A program made the position numbers and the translations under genes. A DNA stretch of 63,251 nt, counting the filler, from Olpidium bornovanus S191 (Eukaryota > Fungi > Olpidiomycota): NCBI GenBank assembly GCA_017911155.1. It is 29 parts of 29 records of this genome, joined end to end, with 100 filler letters (N's around TTAATTAATTAA, not from the genome) between each part and the next. Parts side by side here need not be neighbours in the genome. Positions count along the whole stretch, not along the records: positions 1 to 1,427 come from JAEFCI010005014.1; positions 1,528 to 2,689 come from JAEFCI010008768.1; positions 2,790 to 4,791 come from JAEFCI010001721.1; positions 4,892 to 6,667 come from JAEFCI010008586.1; positions 6,768 to 10,492 come from JAEFCI010005281.1; positions 10,593 to 11,691 come from JAEFCI010008621.1; 23 more parts are not named here. One strand, given 5' to 3'. Below the pieces are notes generated by a model, which worked only from the letters and a program-made list of their open reading frames with translations, did not search any database and had not been told where the DNA came from. Numbering within the stretch: position 1 is the stretch's first letter; every line of letters starts with the position of its first letter. Positions 1 through 10,930 of this stretch are shown here, piece after piece.

Positions 1-405
1 AAAAAAAGGAGGGGGAAGGGGGGGGGGGGGGGGGCGCCCCCCCCCCCCCCCCCCCCCCGAGGAAAGCGCGCGAGACAAAAACCCGGGAAGTTGCGGGAGC
101 GGGCCCCGAGGAGCAGCGAAGAGGAACACACCGCGTTTGTGCCCCCGCACGGGCGTTCCGGGCGTCCGGGCCGGCGGAACAAGAACGAGGCGCGGCGCGG
201 GTGCAGAAGCTACGTGAAGTGGGGCGGCTGGCCCGCGCGCGGCACATCCCTCCTTCGGCAGGAGCGCCGCTGCCGGAGCTGACTGCGCAAACAGCATGCT
301 GCCAGACCCCTCCGCCCCCCCTCCCCTACCCCCCCGCCGCCCGCTCTGCACCGAGGCCGTTTTTTTGAAACACCTTGCTGTCTTCTGCTGTCCCGCTTCC
401 TCCAG

Positions 406-1427
406 GCCGAGCAGAGCGAGCTTGAGAACCAGTTCCACAAGGAGGTCTTCGCACTAGAGAAGAAGTATGCCGAAGCCTTCCGGCCGCTCTACGACAGGGT
501 AAGGAAGCGGCCGCCCTTTGCCCGCCCGTCGGTGTGCGCGCAAAGAGCCTTCGCGCGCGTTTTGCTGGCAGCCGGGCCACCGCTGAGTTACCCCTTTCTC
601 GCGCCGTCGCCCGCTCGAAATTCTCGGGCTGCTGCAGCGGTCGGAGCTGGTGTCCGGCGCCGGCGAACCGCCCACTGAGGAGGAGGTGAGGTTGGGCAAG
701 GAAGCCGAGCACAGCCTTGGCCTTGCTGTTGAGGGGGATGAGGAGGAGGCGGAGGCGCCCGGCGAGGAGCAGGAGGACGGGGTCGCCGAGCCGAACGGTG
801 TTCCGGACTTCTGGTTGCGGGTGCTCAAGACCCACCCCCGCTTCGCCGACCTGATCGCCGAGCCGGACGAGGGCCCGCTGCGCGCGCTGAGCGACGTCCG
901 CATGTCGTACCTGCCAGATGAGACGCCCGGTTTCCGGCTGAGCTTCCACTTCGCGGAGAACGAGCACTTCTCGAACGAGGTTCTCGTCAAGACCTACTAT
1001 TACCAGGCTGGGGCCGTGGGGGGCGAGCTGCTCTACGACCGCGCCGACGGCACGGAGGTCGACTGGAAGCCCGGCAAGGACCTCACCGTCAGGGTCGAGG
1101 TCAAGCGGCAGCGCCACAAGGGCACTGGCAAGACCCGCGAGGTCAGGAAGACGGTCCCGGCCGAGTCGTTTTTCAACTTCTTCACCCCGCCGCGCCTCCC
1201 CGAGGACGGCGATGACGATGACGAAGGCGAGCGGAGCGCGGAACTCGAAGATCGCCTGGAGTTCGATTATGAGCTGGGCGAGGAGTTGAAGGAGAGAGTG
1301 ATCCCGCATGCTGGTTAGTATTTCGGGCCAGGGGAACGTTCGCCTTTCGGCCTTTCTGTCTGCCTGGCTGCGTGCAAAGCTAACCTGCGAGCATCGTATC
1401 CGCTTCAAGTCGACTGGTACACCGGGA
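406..1427 (+). CDS. NAP1: Nucleosome assembly protein 1, internal fragment (exons 406-498, 638-1313, 1410-1427)
   Basis: Spliced product reads AEQSELENQFHKEVFALEKKY...LYDR|RSELVSG...GVPDFWLRVLK...FSNEVLVKTYY...GTEVDWKPGKDLT...ESFFNFFTPP...DYELGEELKERVIPHA|VDWYTG. GT-AG junctions are in phase and the motifs are hallmark NAP family. Confidence 0.95.
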
Positions 1428-1527
1428 NNNNNNNNNNNNNNNNNNNNNNNNNNNNNNNNNNNNNNNNNNNNTTAATTAATTAANNNNNNNNNNNNNNNNN
1501 NNNNNNNNNNNNNNNNNNNNNNNNNNN
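1428..1527. other. Artificial contig-joining linker (first of 28 identical N44-TTAATTAATTAA-N44 spacers)
   Basis: The same 100-nt N/six-frame-stop cassette recurs throughout, e.g. 2690-2789, 4792-4891, 6668-6767 and on to 62084-62183. Confidence 0.99.
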
Positions 1528-2845
1528 CATGGACTGCGCGCAACGGTATCATTCACGGCTCGGCTCCCCATTTTACTCCCTTTCTTCTCTACACCCCGCC
1601 TCACCTGACGTGACGTTTTCGCAAGAACGAGGTCCAAATTGTGCTATAAGATGTTTTGGCTAATACTGACTATTTCAAATTGTGAAACGTGACCGCCTAT
1701 TAAAAACAAAAATTTGAGTTACACTGCCGACCGTTTGACATGTCTGATGCAGAGAAGCAACGTGTCTTTCTTCGACGGTCGACCTGGAGCACGAACGAGT
1801 CCGTGGTGCCGTTCACACCATTTCTGTCTGGCGCAAATCTAAGGAGACACTGCGAGCGGAGTTCAGCCTGGACTGCACCGACCGGATGACCATAACGAAG
1901 TTCACAGAATGGATTTTCCGGCCAAGGACAGGAGATCCTCAAGGGATTCTGCGAGAATTTGTGCGGAACGTTGAGATCTCGACCCGAGGAACCACGTCAT
2001 TTTTGACGATAAACCGCCGGCGAATCTGGAGGCGCTTCCTCCAAACTGGAAAGAACACATTATGTACGAAAAAAACGTATGTCGCGAAGGACGACTGACG
2101 AAGGACTGGGAGCTGGGTCGTTCGGGCCGCTCGCCAGGAAGGCGGCGTGTACAGAGAGAAAGCCACGGGTGCTCGGTCTCCGCGTGCAGCAGCTAACAAT
2201 CGCGCAACCAATTTTGAGCAATCTTTGGCGTATGCTCGCCAAGGAGCGGTCCGTGCTGATCTCGGGAGATCACCAGGCGCCGCTGCGGTGAGGATAAGGT
2301 GAGGATACATCGAAGCCCACCGGCAATAAATTTCGCCGGCCGGGGGCAAATCTGAAGGAGGGTTGTCGTGGAGGGACGCTGTGGAGGAAGCCAGCGGAAA
2401 AGGGGGGCCGACGGATCTGGCGCCCGCACAGGTGGCAAAAGGCCGAAAGGGAGAATGCCCCCTTTCACCCCCTCCTTCCCCTTCCCCCGCCAGTGCCCTT
2501 GTCGCCGTCACCGGACGCGTCGACCGTCAAGTCGCCACCAGAGTCGCTGCCGCCACCGTGGGTCCCGTCGGTGACAAACGAAACGTAAGTAAGGAAAATT
2601 GCGGAGGGGGTTGATTTCACCATTCCCGGACCGGTCACGTTCGGTCCTGCATATTCCCAATGGTCTCATCGAATACACAGGCAAACATGNNNNNNNNNNN
2701 NNNNNNNNNNNNNNNNNNNNNNNNNNNNNNNNNTTAATTAATTAANNNNNNNNNNNNNNNNNNNNNNNNNNNNNNNNNNNNNNNNNNNNCATGACTTTGT
2801 TCTGTTCGTGCTTCTTACGCGTTGTAAACACAAAACCGAATCAAA

Positions 2846-3504
2846 ATGACGCCTGGTGATGGTCGTCCAAAATCAGTTATATGGGATTATTTCAAAGATC
2901 CCGGGGAAAAAGATGGCAGAATGTAATTTTTTTTTGCAGCACGAAGCGGAAAAAAAAATGTCCGGGTGCGTCCAGTGTTATCTTGACAGATCACATTTTA
3001 CAGCGCGACTGCACGCACGCCCCACCCCTTCCTCCCCCCTCTGCTACGCGGACCCCTCCCCGGGTCAACTTGCTCGACTCACCGCTAATTGGCACGTCCC
3101 CCGAGTCTCCATCACGTGCCCCAAGACCAGAACACGACGGCACGAGGTGAAACAAGGTGGAAAAGGCACGCGTCATCGAGACAAATCACGTTTTGCAGAA
3201 GTGCAGTGGCCCTTACGCGCAGTGGCCCTTTAAAAGAGAACTGCCCCCCCGCTCGCCCTGGCATAATCTCCCGCGACACGTAAAAAAAACCGCCTTAAAA
3301 GCAAAAAATCCCACTTTCACCGAAGTGGGAATAGCAAACATAGACCTAGAAGGGGCAAAAGACAACGTGTTCGCCAGGTTAAAAGCAATTGAAAGGAAAG
3401 TCAACTACGAATCAAAGACCTTGTGCCATTCTGGTGGCAATGGTTGGCGATCCCGTATACTAGCGCACTTTAGGACCAGCACCCTCAGCAATGACGGCGA
3501 GTAA
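2846..3504 (+). pseudogene. Decayed hAT-like transposase N-terminus (BED zinc finger), frameshifted
   Basis: Joining frames across homopolymer slips gives MTPGDGRPKSVIWDYFKDPGEK-MAECNFC-STKRKKKCPGASSVILTDHILQRDC, a W..F / CxxC / H..C BED pattern. It is followed by weak RPGIISRDT and NGW motifs resembling hAT transposases. Stops and frameshifts are present. Confidence 0.45.
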
Positions 3505-4910
3505 TGACGTGATGGCAACAACGAGAGGAACGACGACGTGTGATGCTAAGTGGCAGCGAGGCACTGGAAAGGTTTTTGGTTGTGTCAGGTAACACCAAAA
3601 TTTAAAAAAGAACTTACCAGGCCAGGAAACTTCAGGCCAGGCCAGGAAACTTCTGCGCAGAGGCAGTGGGTTGCTGTCGCGCGTCCCTGATGCATTTTCG
3701 GAAACCACCGAGCACTTGCCCGCCGCGGTTGCGCGCGGGTTGTTACTCGTCCCGGATTTTGCTGGGCGACGCCCCGTTCGCACCAACTCTCTACCGCGCG
3801 TAACGGCCCCCCCAGAGCCATCCGTGCGAAGTGCGTTACAGGTAGGCGGGAATCCGGAAGTGCGCGAAACCCGCCACGGACGCAAACAAATCCGGAATTC
3901 CTTTTTTTTTTTGTGGTGTTATCACATGGGTAAACGATTTCGGTTTTGCGTCATGTCATGTGGACGTAATACCGCAAAGAATAGAAAACCCAGGCGTTGC
4001 TAGAGAAGAAGCTCCGACCCGCTTTTCTGCTTTTACGCGTGGCCGCCCAAACCGCGTCGTGGTTGCTCTTCCCTGGAAAACCTTCGCCCCCAACACTGTT
4101 TTCGCAGAATCCCCACGGCCTCGCGAACTTCCGTCCCTCCCCCCTTCCGTCACGGACGGATTTCACTGGCGAACGAAGGAAATCAGCAAAAAACAAAGAA
4201 GATAGAGGGTGCACAATGGTAATAAGAGACCGCGATTGAAACCTCTCCCATCGCGACAATCACCCTGGCAGGCGTTCGGCTAAGCACCGGCCAACTCCCA
4301 TCACATTTGCCGCCACTCATGCCAGGGAGGAGGCGTCAACAAAGCAAATGTCTGCCAAGTTGCAGGTACCATATACGCGGCAAGCGTCTGACAGGACGGC
4401 GCCGGTAATCGTCGCTTCGATGGAGACCCCGCCATCCCAGGCGGAAGATTATCGCCGAGGATGGCAATGGTCGGTCGCCTTAAGAATAGACGTATAGCTA
4501 GGCTCCGTATACCACTTATTCAATAAAGTCTGACTTCACATGCCTTGCTGATGTTGGTTTTAGTTTGCGTTTTATTCTGGTTGTGTGTGCGAGCTCGTAA
4601 GACCTACTCGCAGTTACTCAAATACGTACAGAAAGGGAGGTTCGTCCACTGTTACAGTACGGCTTTTAACCGCCTTGGTGTCCAGCTCGAAGGCTTCGTC
4701 CCGAACTTCTCCTGCAGGCCTACCTCAACGGCCTTGCGAAACAAGTCCACGTCGCCATTCTCAGTAATCCCAATCATTTGTCATCCATGGANNNNNNNNN
4801 NNNNNNNNNNNNNNNNNNNNNNNNNNNNNNNNNNNTTAATTAATTAANNNNNNNNNNNNNNNNNNNNNNNNNNNNNNNNNNNNNNNNNNNNAAAAAAAAA
4901 AAAAAAAAAA

Positions 4911-4967
<57 letters not shown>

Positions 4968-5519
4968 GTTGGCTGGATATATATATTATACGAGGGCGGC
5001 CTCCGCTCGACCAGTTCGGCGAACTTTTGCCGTTCCGGGGGCAACCCTTCGCCCGCTCGAAATTGTGCTTCCAGCCGCGGGAGAGACCGGCACGAGAGCG
5101 GAAGCAGGAAAAAAAAAATGGGAAAAAAATAAATGCTTTCGGGGATTCTCCCTTTTGCCGGCGAATGAATATGTCTGCAAAGTGGACGGAAAACCAAAAA
5201 AAAAAAAAAAAAAAAAACAAAAAAAGGAAAAAAATTCCCCGGCGAAGAGCTTGGATGCGACCTTGACGTCGACGACGAAACGGAAGACGGTAAAAAAAAG
5301 GAGGGGAGGGGGGGAAACGACGCGATCACGAACGGGCCGCCGGCAGAAAAAAGAAAAAAACTTTGGGATATCGGAGTAAAGTCATCCCAAGCTCGTGCGC
5401 GGCAGACGGAACGACCGGGCGGACAGAAGCGGGACCAACGAGCAGGACGGGAAAAAAAAGAAAGAAAAAAAAGAAAATGGCTCGGCGTTCGCGACCGATT
5501 CCAACGTCGGACTGTCAAT

Positions 5520-6582
5520 CCCCGTACAAGTCCCGCCGCAGATCCTGGAACACCGACCTCCGGCTCACGCACGGAATTCCCCGGCAGCCGGAGGTGTCAA
5601 AGTGGGTCAGCGATGGGCACCCCGCGACGATCTGCTTTACGCCAGCCTCTGCAGGAAAAACAGAAACCCGGCGGCAACGCGGCAGCAGGCCCTTAGCCGC
5701 CCGTTAGAAATCCTCGACCCAGCGGCACCTTCCAACCGCAAAATAAAGAAAAAGGCAGAATCAAGTGGACCGGAAGTCGCGTGCTCACCGGTGATGCGCG
5801 TCTTCGAACAGTTGAGGATGCGGAGGTGACGGAACCGCGCGATGAAGGGGGCAGACTGCGCGCGCGAGACGGGCGGGGGGGGGGGTTTGAATCCCGCGCT
5901 CCCCGGAAACGCGCCGGCGCCTCGCCCGGCAGGCGACCCGCGAGGACCACTCACCTCGTCGCCGAGGTGCGTGTTGGACACGTCCAGCTGTTCTAGGGCA
6001 GGCACGTCCGCCCCTTGCCCGTCCGCCCAATCCGGAATTTCCGGTCCTGCGAGGTCCTCGAGGTCATCGGCGGCCGCGTGCGTTCCGGACAGGTCGAGGA
6101 TCCGCAGGTTGGCTCTGGCGCTGGTGAGTATCCTGCCGATCCCGAACCCGGCCCGGTTGGAGATGTCCAGCCGGGAGAGTCGCGAGAACACCACGTCGGG
6201 CGAGAGGTCGTCGATGCCGAAAGCCAGGTGTCCCAGCAGCAGAACGCGCAGCGGCGCTCGCGCCGTCGCCGAAGATTCGGCCAGAGCGTCCAGGAGCGGC
6301 CGTATCGACGGAGCCTTGAGTTGCAGGCCGCGCAGATCCAGCTTCCGGAGGCCTTCCCGGGCGGAGCGCCTCGGCGCCCCCGGGGCCCGCCGGAACCTGC
6401 CGACCGCGTCGTCGTCGGCTGCGACGCTCGGGGCGGCTAGGTCGTCATCCCTTGCGGAATGGAGAACGTCGATCAGCGACCGAAGAGATTTCACCTGCGT
6501 GAAGCTGATGTCCAGCGTGCGCAGCGTCTTCCCGCACTTGGAGAGGATGCTGGGTGCGGGCGAGCCGAAAGTGTTTCGGTAG
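5520..6582 (-). CDS. RNI-like leucine-rich-repeat protein, C-terminal part (exons about 6582-5955, 5855-5789, 5648 to about 5520)
   Basis: Repeated LxxLDL/LxxLDIS units (LRTLDISFTQ, LRKLDLRG, LSRLDISN, LRILDLSGT, LEQLDVSNT, LRILNCSKT, LTHFDTSGCRGI). Two GT-AG introns are phase-compatible. Confidence 0.75.
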
Positions 6583-6852
6583 CATACCGGGCCGCGGGAC
6601 GGCCCGGTTGCAGAACGCGGCGTAAGCCGGACAGGGGAAACAAAGAAATAAATTTTGCATAAGCATGNNNNNNNNNNNNNNNNNNNNNNNNNNNNNNNNN
6701 NNNNNNNNNNNTTAATTAATTAANNNNNNNNNNNNNNNNNNNNNNNNNNNNNNNNNNNNNNNNNNNNCATGACCGTGATAACTGCGGCTTGTTAACTTTT
6801 TCCCGTTCTGCGCTTCTCACTGAAATTTTGCCCCCTATGCCGAACTGAAAAG

Positions 6853-7300
6853 CCGCAGCAAAGAGGAGAGCGCCCAGCTCCTCTGTCACGTGGTAGCCCT
6901 ATCCAAAGGCCTCGTGAAGCCGCACATCGAGCCAATTCTGAACGCGCTGCTTCCGCTGTCGCGGGATCCGAACCCGAGGGTGGCATCTAGCATCCTCAAC
7001 TCCCTGGCGGAGCTCGCGCAGGTCGGCGGCGAGGATCTCAAGTCGCACCTGGGCGAGCTAATGCCGGTAATTATCGATTCGCTGCAGGACCAGAGCTCGT
7101 CCTCCAAGCGCGTTGCGGCGCTGCGGGCCCTCGGACAAGTGTCCAGCTACGCCGGCTTCGTCATCGAGCCGTACACGCGTTATCCGTACCTGCTGGACGT
7201 CCTCATCGGTATACTCAAGAGCGAGCAGTCCCCGGCCATACGAAAGGAGACCATGAGGGTCATGGGCATCATCGGCGCGATAGACCCCTACAGGCTTCAG
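6853..7300 (+). CDS. TOR: TOR kinase, single exon from the N-terminal HEAT region
   Basis: KEESAQLL...LVKPHIEPILNALL...DPNPRVAS...ELAQVGGED...LQDQSSSSKRVAALRALGQ...VIEPY...LLDVLIGILKSEQ...IRKETMRVMGIIGAIDPY matches the conserved TOR HEAT block. GTAAGA donor at 7301. Confidence 0.93.
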
Positions 7301-8030
7301 GTAAGATTTCGCGCGGAAGAGGATTGAAACATACGCGATTCGGGACGGCCGCGGTGTCCACGCGGACGTTAGGGGTTGGGGGGATTGAGGCTTAGTCTTT
7401 CTCCTCGAAGTAGCCTGCAGACAACCGTTCATGGGCCTGACGACGGTGCGATTCCTGAGGCGAAAAGCGTTCATTGCCGGCCGAGCGCTGCCGTTGCCAA
7501 CCAGCTTTTGTCAAAAAGAATTCAGCGCTACCTAACAAATGCGTGGCCCCTTCTGTATTGCGGAGGCGAGCACACTCCCATTTCGACAATTGGAGTGTTG
7601 CGAATGATGAGTAACGGCTCCGCCCACTTCGAATTTTGCACGCGTGCCAAGCGGTTGACTGTGGCGGGCAGCCGGCGGAAGGGGACGACGGTGGCCTCGT
7701 CAGGGTGTGGTGATGGCGGCAGACCGTATGGGGAAAAAAGAAATAATAAGGAAAAAAAAAAAGTGTGGAGGGCGAGCGGAACTGCCTGCAGGAAATGACG
7801 CCCAACCCTCACCCGCCTCCCAACCCGTTCTGCCCGGAAAAGTCGGGCTCGACCTCAGCCGCGCCTCGGCCGACGGACCTGTCCAATCACCACACTGACG
7901 CAGCCGCAGGTTTCAAAGCGCGGACGAACGGGCCGGGCGGCCCCAACTGCCCCGCGAGGACCCGACTTGGGGAGGAGGGGCGGTGCCGGTGTGGTAATCG
8001 GTAGAAAGAACTGGCTCCCCTGGAGTCATT

Positions 8031-10330
8031 ATGCCCGTGTCGGTCCACGCCGAGGCGGGCGGTGCTGAGGGGGCTGCTGCGGAGGACAGGCCCCGTGGCG
8101 ATGGCGGCGGCGGCCTCGCGGAAAGCTGCGAAGGCGAGAGCGGGACGGACCAGGGCGAACGGCGAGCCGAGCTCGCAGCCAGCAGGAATGGCGGAGAAGG
8201 TCGGGCCGCCAGCGGGGCGGGGGAGGCGGTGGACAAGGAGAGGGTGGAGGAGAAAGCCCAAACGCCGCAGCTGCAATACCGGCAGCCGCTGCCGCTCGAC
8301 GCTGCCCATCGGCAACTGGGGATTGGTCGACAGCACTCGTCCCCCGTGCCGCCCCCGCCGCGCAGAGGGGGCGGCCGCGTGTTCGGCTCTGCAGCCGCCG
8401 TCACCCTGCCCATGCGGTCGCCGTCCTCCTCGTCGTTTAGGAACCTCTCGACAGAACGGCAAGTTGCAGCCCCGTCAACGGCGCGACGCCCTTCGCTGGC
8501 AGATGCGCAGCCGCCGCCGCCGCTTCCGGGCACGGCCCTGTTTGAGGACTCTCCGCTCCCCTGTCCGATCTGCAACGTGACGTGCTTGTCGTTGCTGGAC
8601 CTAAATGTCCATCTCGACGAGACGCACTCGCAAGCCGCCCGACCAGTCGCCAACCCCAAGTCGCAGCAGCACGCCAGAGACGCGTTCGACGAGTTCGAGG
8701 AGGATCCCGCGGCGGCGGTACTCAGCTGGTTCAGATCGGCAAAGGAGATGGTCGTGCCCACGATCAGCCGTGCGGGAAGCCGTATCAATAGTTTGCCGCA
8801 GCTGGCTGCTGCGGCTCGCGGCGTCGCCGACCTCAACGACCCAGGGGAAGAAGGCGTCACCAGGACCCACTGGCAGAAAGACGCTCAGGGAATCGGTGTC
8901 GAGACCATGTGTTCGGTGCACGGTTGCGGCAAGGTTCTCGGCATAATTACCGGAAAGGTTAACTGCAGGAAGTACGTCGCTTGGCCGGGTATATCTTTTG
9001 AACGATTATGTTTGCATGGCTCCCGATGCCTGTCCCCGAGTTTCAAAAGAGAATCGAGGTTTGGTTGTCCGTCGCGTCGGAAACCCCCAAAAAGCAAAGT
9101 TTAGAGGCGGCGTTGGGTTCTGAACTATCACGTTGGAAATACCGCGGGCCGACGTTTGATGCGGCATTTTGGACGGCGCGGCTATGTCGGAAATCGCGAT
9201 TACCAAGCCTTAAGGGGGCGTTGTGCTTGAATTGTAACGTCGAAAATCCCGAGGGGCAAGGCGTAAGACGGGGTTGGGATTTAAAGTGTGTCACCTCGGA
9301 AGCCGCGGAGGGCAAAAGCATAGGGCGGCGTTAGGACGGGAAGGGACCCGAACAATTGAGATCTGAGGATGACGCGAACGGCACCGGGAACGTTGTCGGC
9401 CGGCCTCTGGCGACTTTCACGCTTACATTTCTCGCACTTTGTGTCTGGTTCATTTTATTTTCCATAATTGCAGATGCGGCCGCCTCTATTGTGACGCCCA
9501 TTGTCAGATGCAGATGCGCCTGGCCAAGGACGCGTCCCATGACCCAGTCAATGGCGTCTGGTGCCGTGTATGCGAGTCCTGTTACACCCGCAGAGACACG
9601 TACCTTGAGGAAAAGAAGCATCAGGGTGCGAATTCTACCATGTGTCCGGCGAATTTTGCCGCAATCAGCCTTCCTCGGAGGTTCTAAAGGCTTGCTGCCT
9701 GTGCGTCCCAGCGTCTGACGCTTACCCCCACTTCCCTCTGTGTTTTTCTTTATTCCTCATGTGCCCTGTCCAGGAGCGTGTAGGGATCGGACGGAGGTTA
9801 TTGCCCGTATCCGACGCAAGACTCTGGACAAGAACCTGCTGGAGAGTAATCGCCTAGGGAAGCGGCTCGAGAAGGTAAGGGACAAGAGGATGCTCCGTCA
9901 TGTCTACCTCCGATGTTGTCGCCAGCTCCGTCGTTCGGAGGCGTTTTTCGTCGGACGTTTCTTGCGGCGTCAAGAGTGAATCAGATTTTTTTTTGCGTTT
10001 GCGACATGGGCTGCGACTCGGCCCACTCGACCGCTTTTGGAAGCGAAGTCCGTTGCTCCATCTTTGGATGAAAAGCTCTGCTGCCCGCCTGTTCCATTTC
10101 TCATGCGTTATTTTGACCGACCCGAACAGTCGCGTTACCCGACCCGTTCTTCCGCCTTCGTCCTTCCGTGCCCACCGACGTACACGACAGCTCGCCCAGC
10201 TCCACCACACCGCTGCCGCTTCCGCCAGCGTCTCTGGTTTTTCCTCCTCGTCGAAGAGGTGGAGCGGTCCTGTCCGGCGATCCAGCGCCGGCTTGTCCTC
10301 GTCGTTCGCTTCGCCCCTGAGCAGTCCGAC
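8031..10330 (+). CDS. PEP7: Rabenosyn-5 / Pep7(Vac1)-like C2H2 + FYVE protein, partial (exons 8031-8971, 9474-9625, 9774-9874, 10191 to about 10330)
   Basis: C2H2 finger CPICNVTCLSLLDLNVHLDETH. FYVE HWQKD...CSVHGC...NCRK|CGRLYCDAHC...WCRVCESC. Then RDRTEVIARIRR...LESNRLGKRLEK|L. All intron phases agree. Confidence 0.88.
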
Positions 10331-10592
10331 CGTGAGCGGAGGCACGTACCTTGGCTTTGCTGGAGGAATCAGAGGTGAGCGGACGCCGGGGCGGAGGGGA
10401 CTGCGGACAGACTGCGTTGGCGCTCCCGTCGAAATGTAGTCAGGATTGATTTGCCGATCGTCGGGGCGCACCGCTGAACTTCACAAACATGCNNNNNNNN
10501 NNNNNNNNNNNNNNNNNNNNNNNNNNNNNNNNNNNNTTAATTAATTAANNNNNNNNNNNNNNNNNNNNNNNNNNNNNNNNNNNNNNNNNNNN

Positions 10593-10930
10593 CTGCTGGC
10601 GTCGGTCCTGCGGCGGGGCGGCGAGACGGGCGAGCGCGACCGCGGCCTGCTGGCGTCGGTCCTGCGGCGGGGCGGCGAGACGGGCGAGCGCGACCGCGGC
10701 CTGCTGGCGTCGGCCCTGCGGCGGGGCGGCGAGGCAGGCGAGCGCGACCGCGCCCTGTTGGCGTCGGTCCGGCGGCGGGGCGGCGTGAAAGGCGAACGCG
10801 ACCGCGGCCTGCTGGCGTCTGCCCTGCGGCGGGGCGGCGAGTCAGACGAGCGCGACCGCATCCTGCTTGCGTCGGTCTTCCGGCGAGGCGGCGAGACAGG
10901 CGAGCGCGACCGCGACCTGTCGGCGTCGGT
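10593..10930 (-). repeat. 54-bp coding tandem repeat (6 units plus a partial) encoding DASRPRSRSPVSPPRRRT; RS/SP domain of an unidentified splicing-type protein
   Basis: Units start at 10593, 10647, 10701, 10755, 10809 and 10863 on the + strand. The array runs into the contig end. The minus frame is open and RS/SP-rich. Confidence 0.85.

Noticed and set aside
1472-1483. Recurring TTAATTAATTAA palindrome
   Set aside because: It is an artificial six-frame-stop linker inside N runs, not biology.
1528-2689. Several 60-190-aa ORFs on both strands of contig 2
   Set aside because: No recognisable motif or consistent splice model was found, so they are not annotated.
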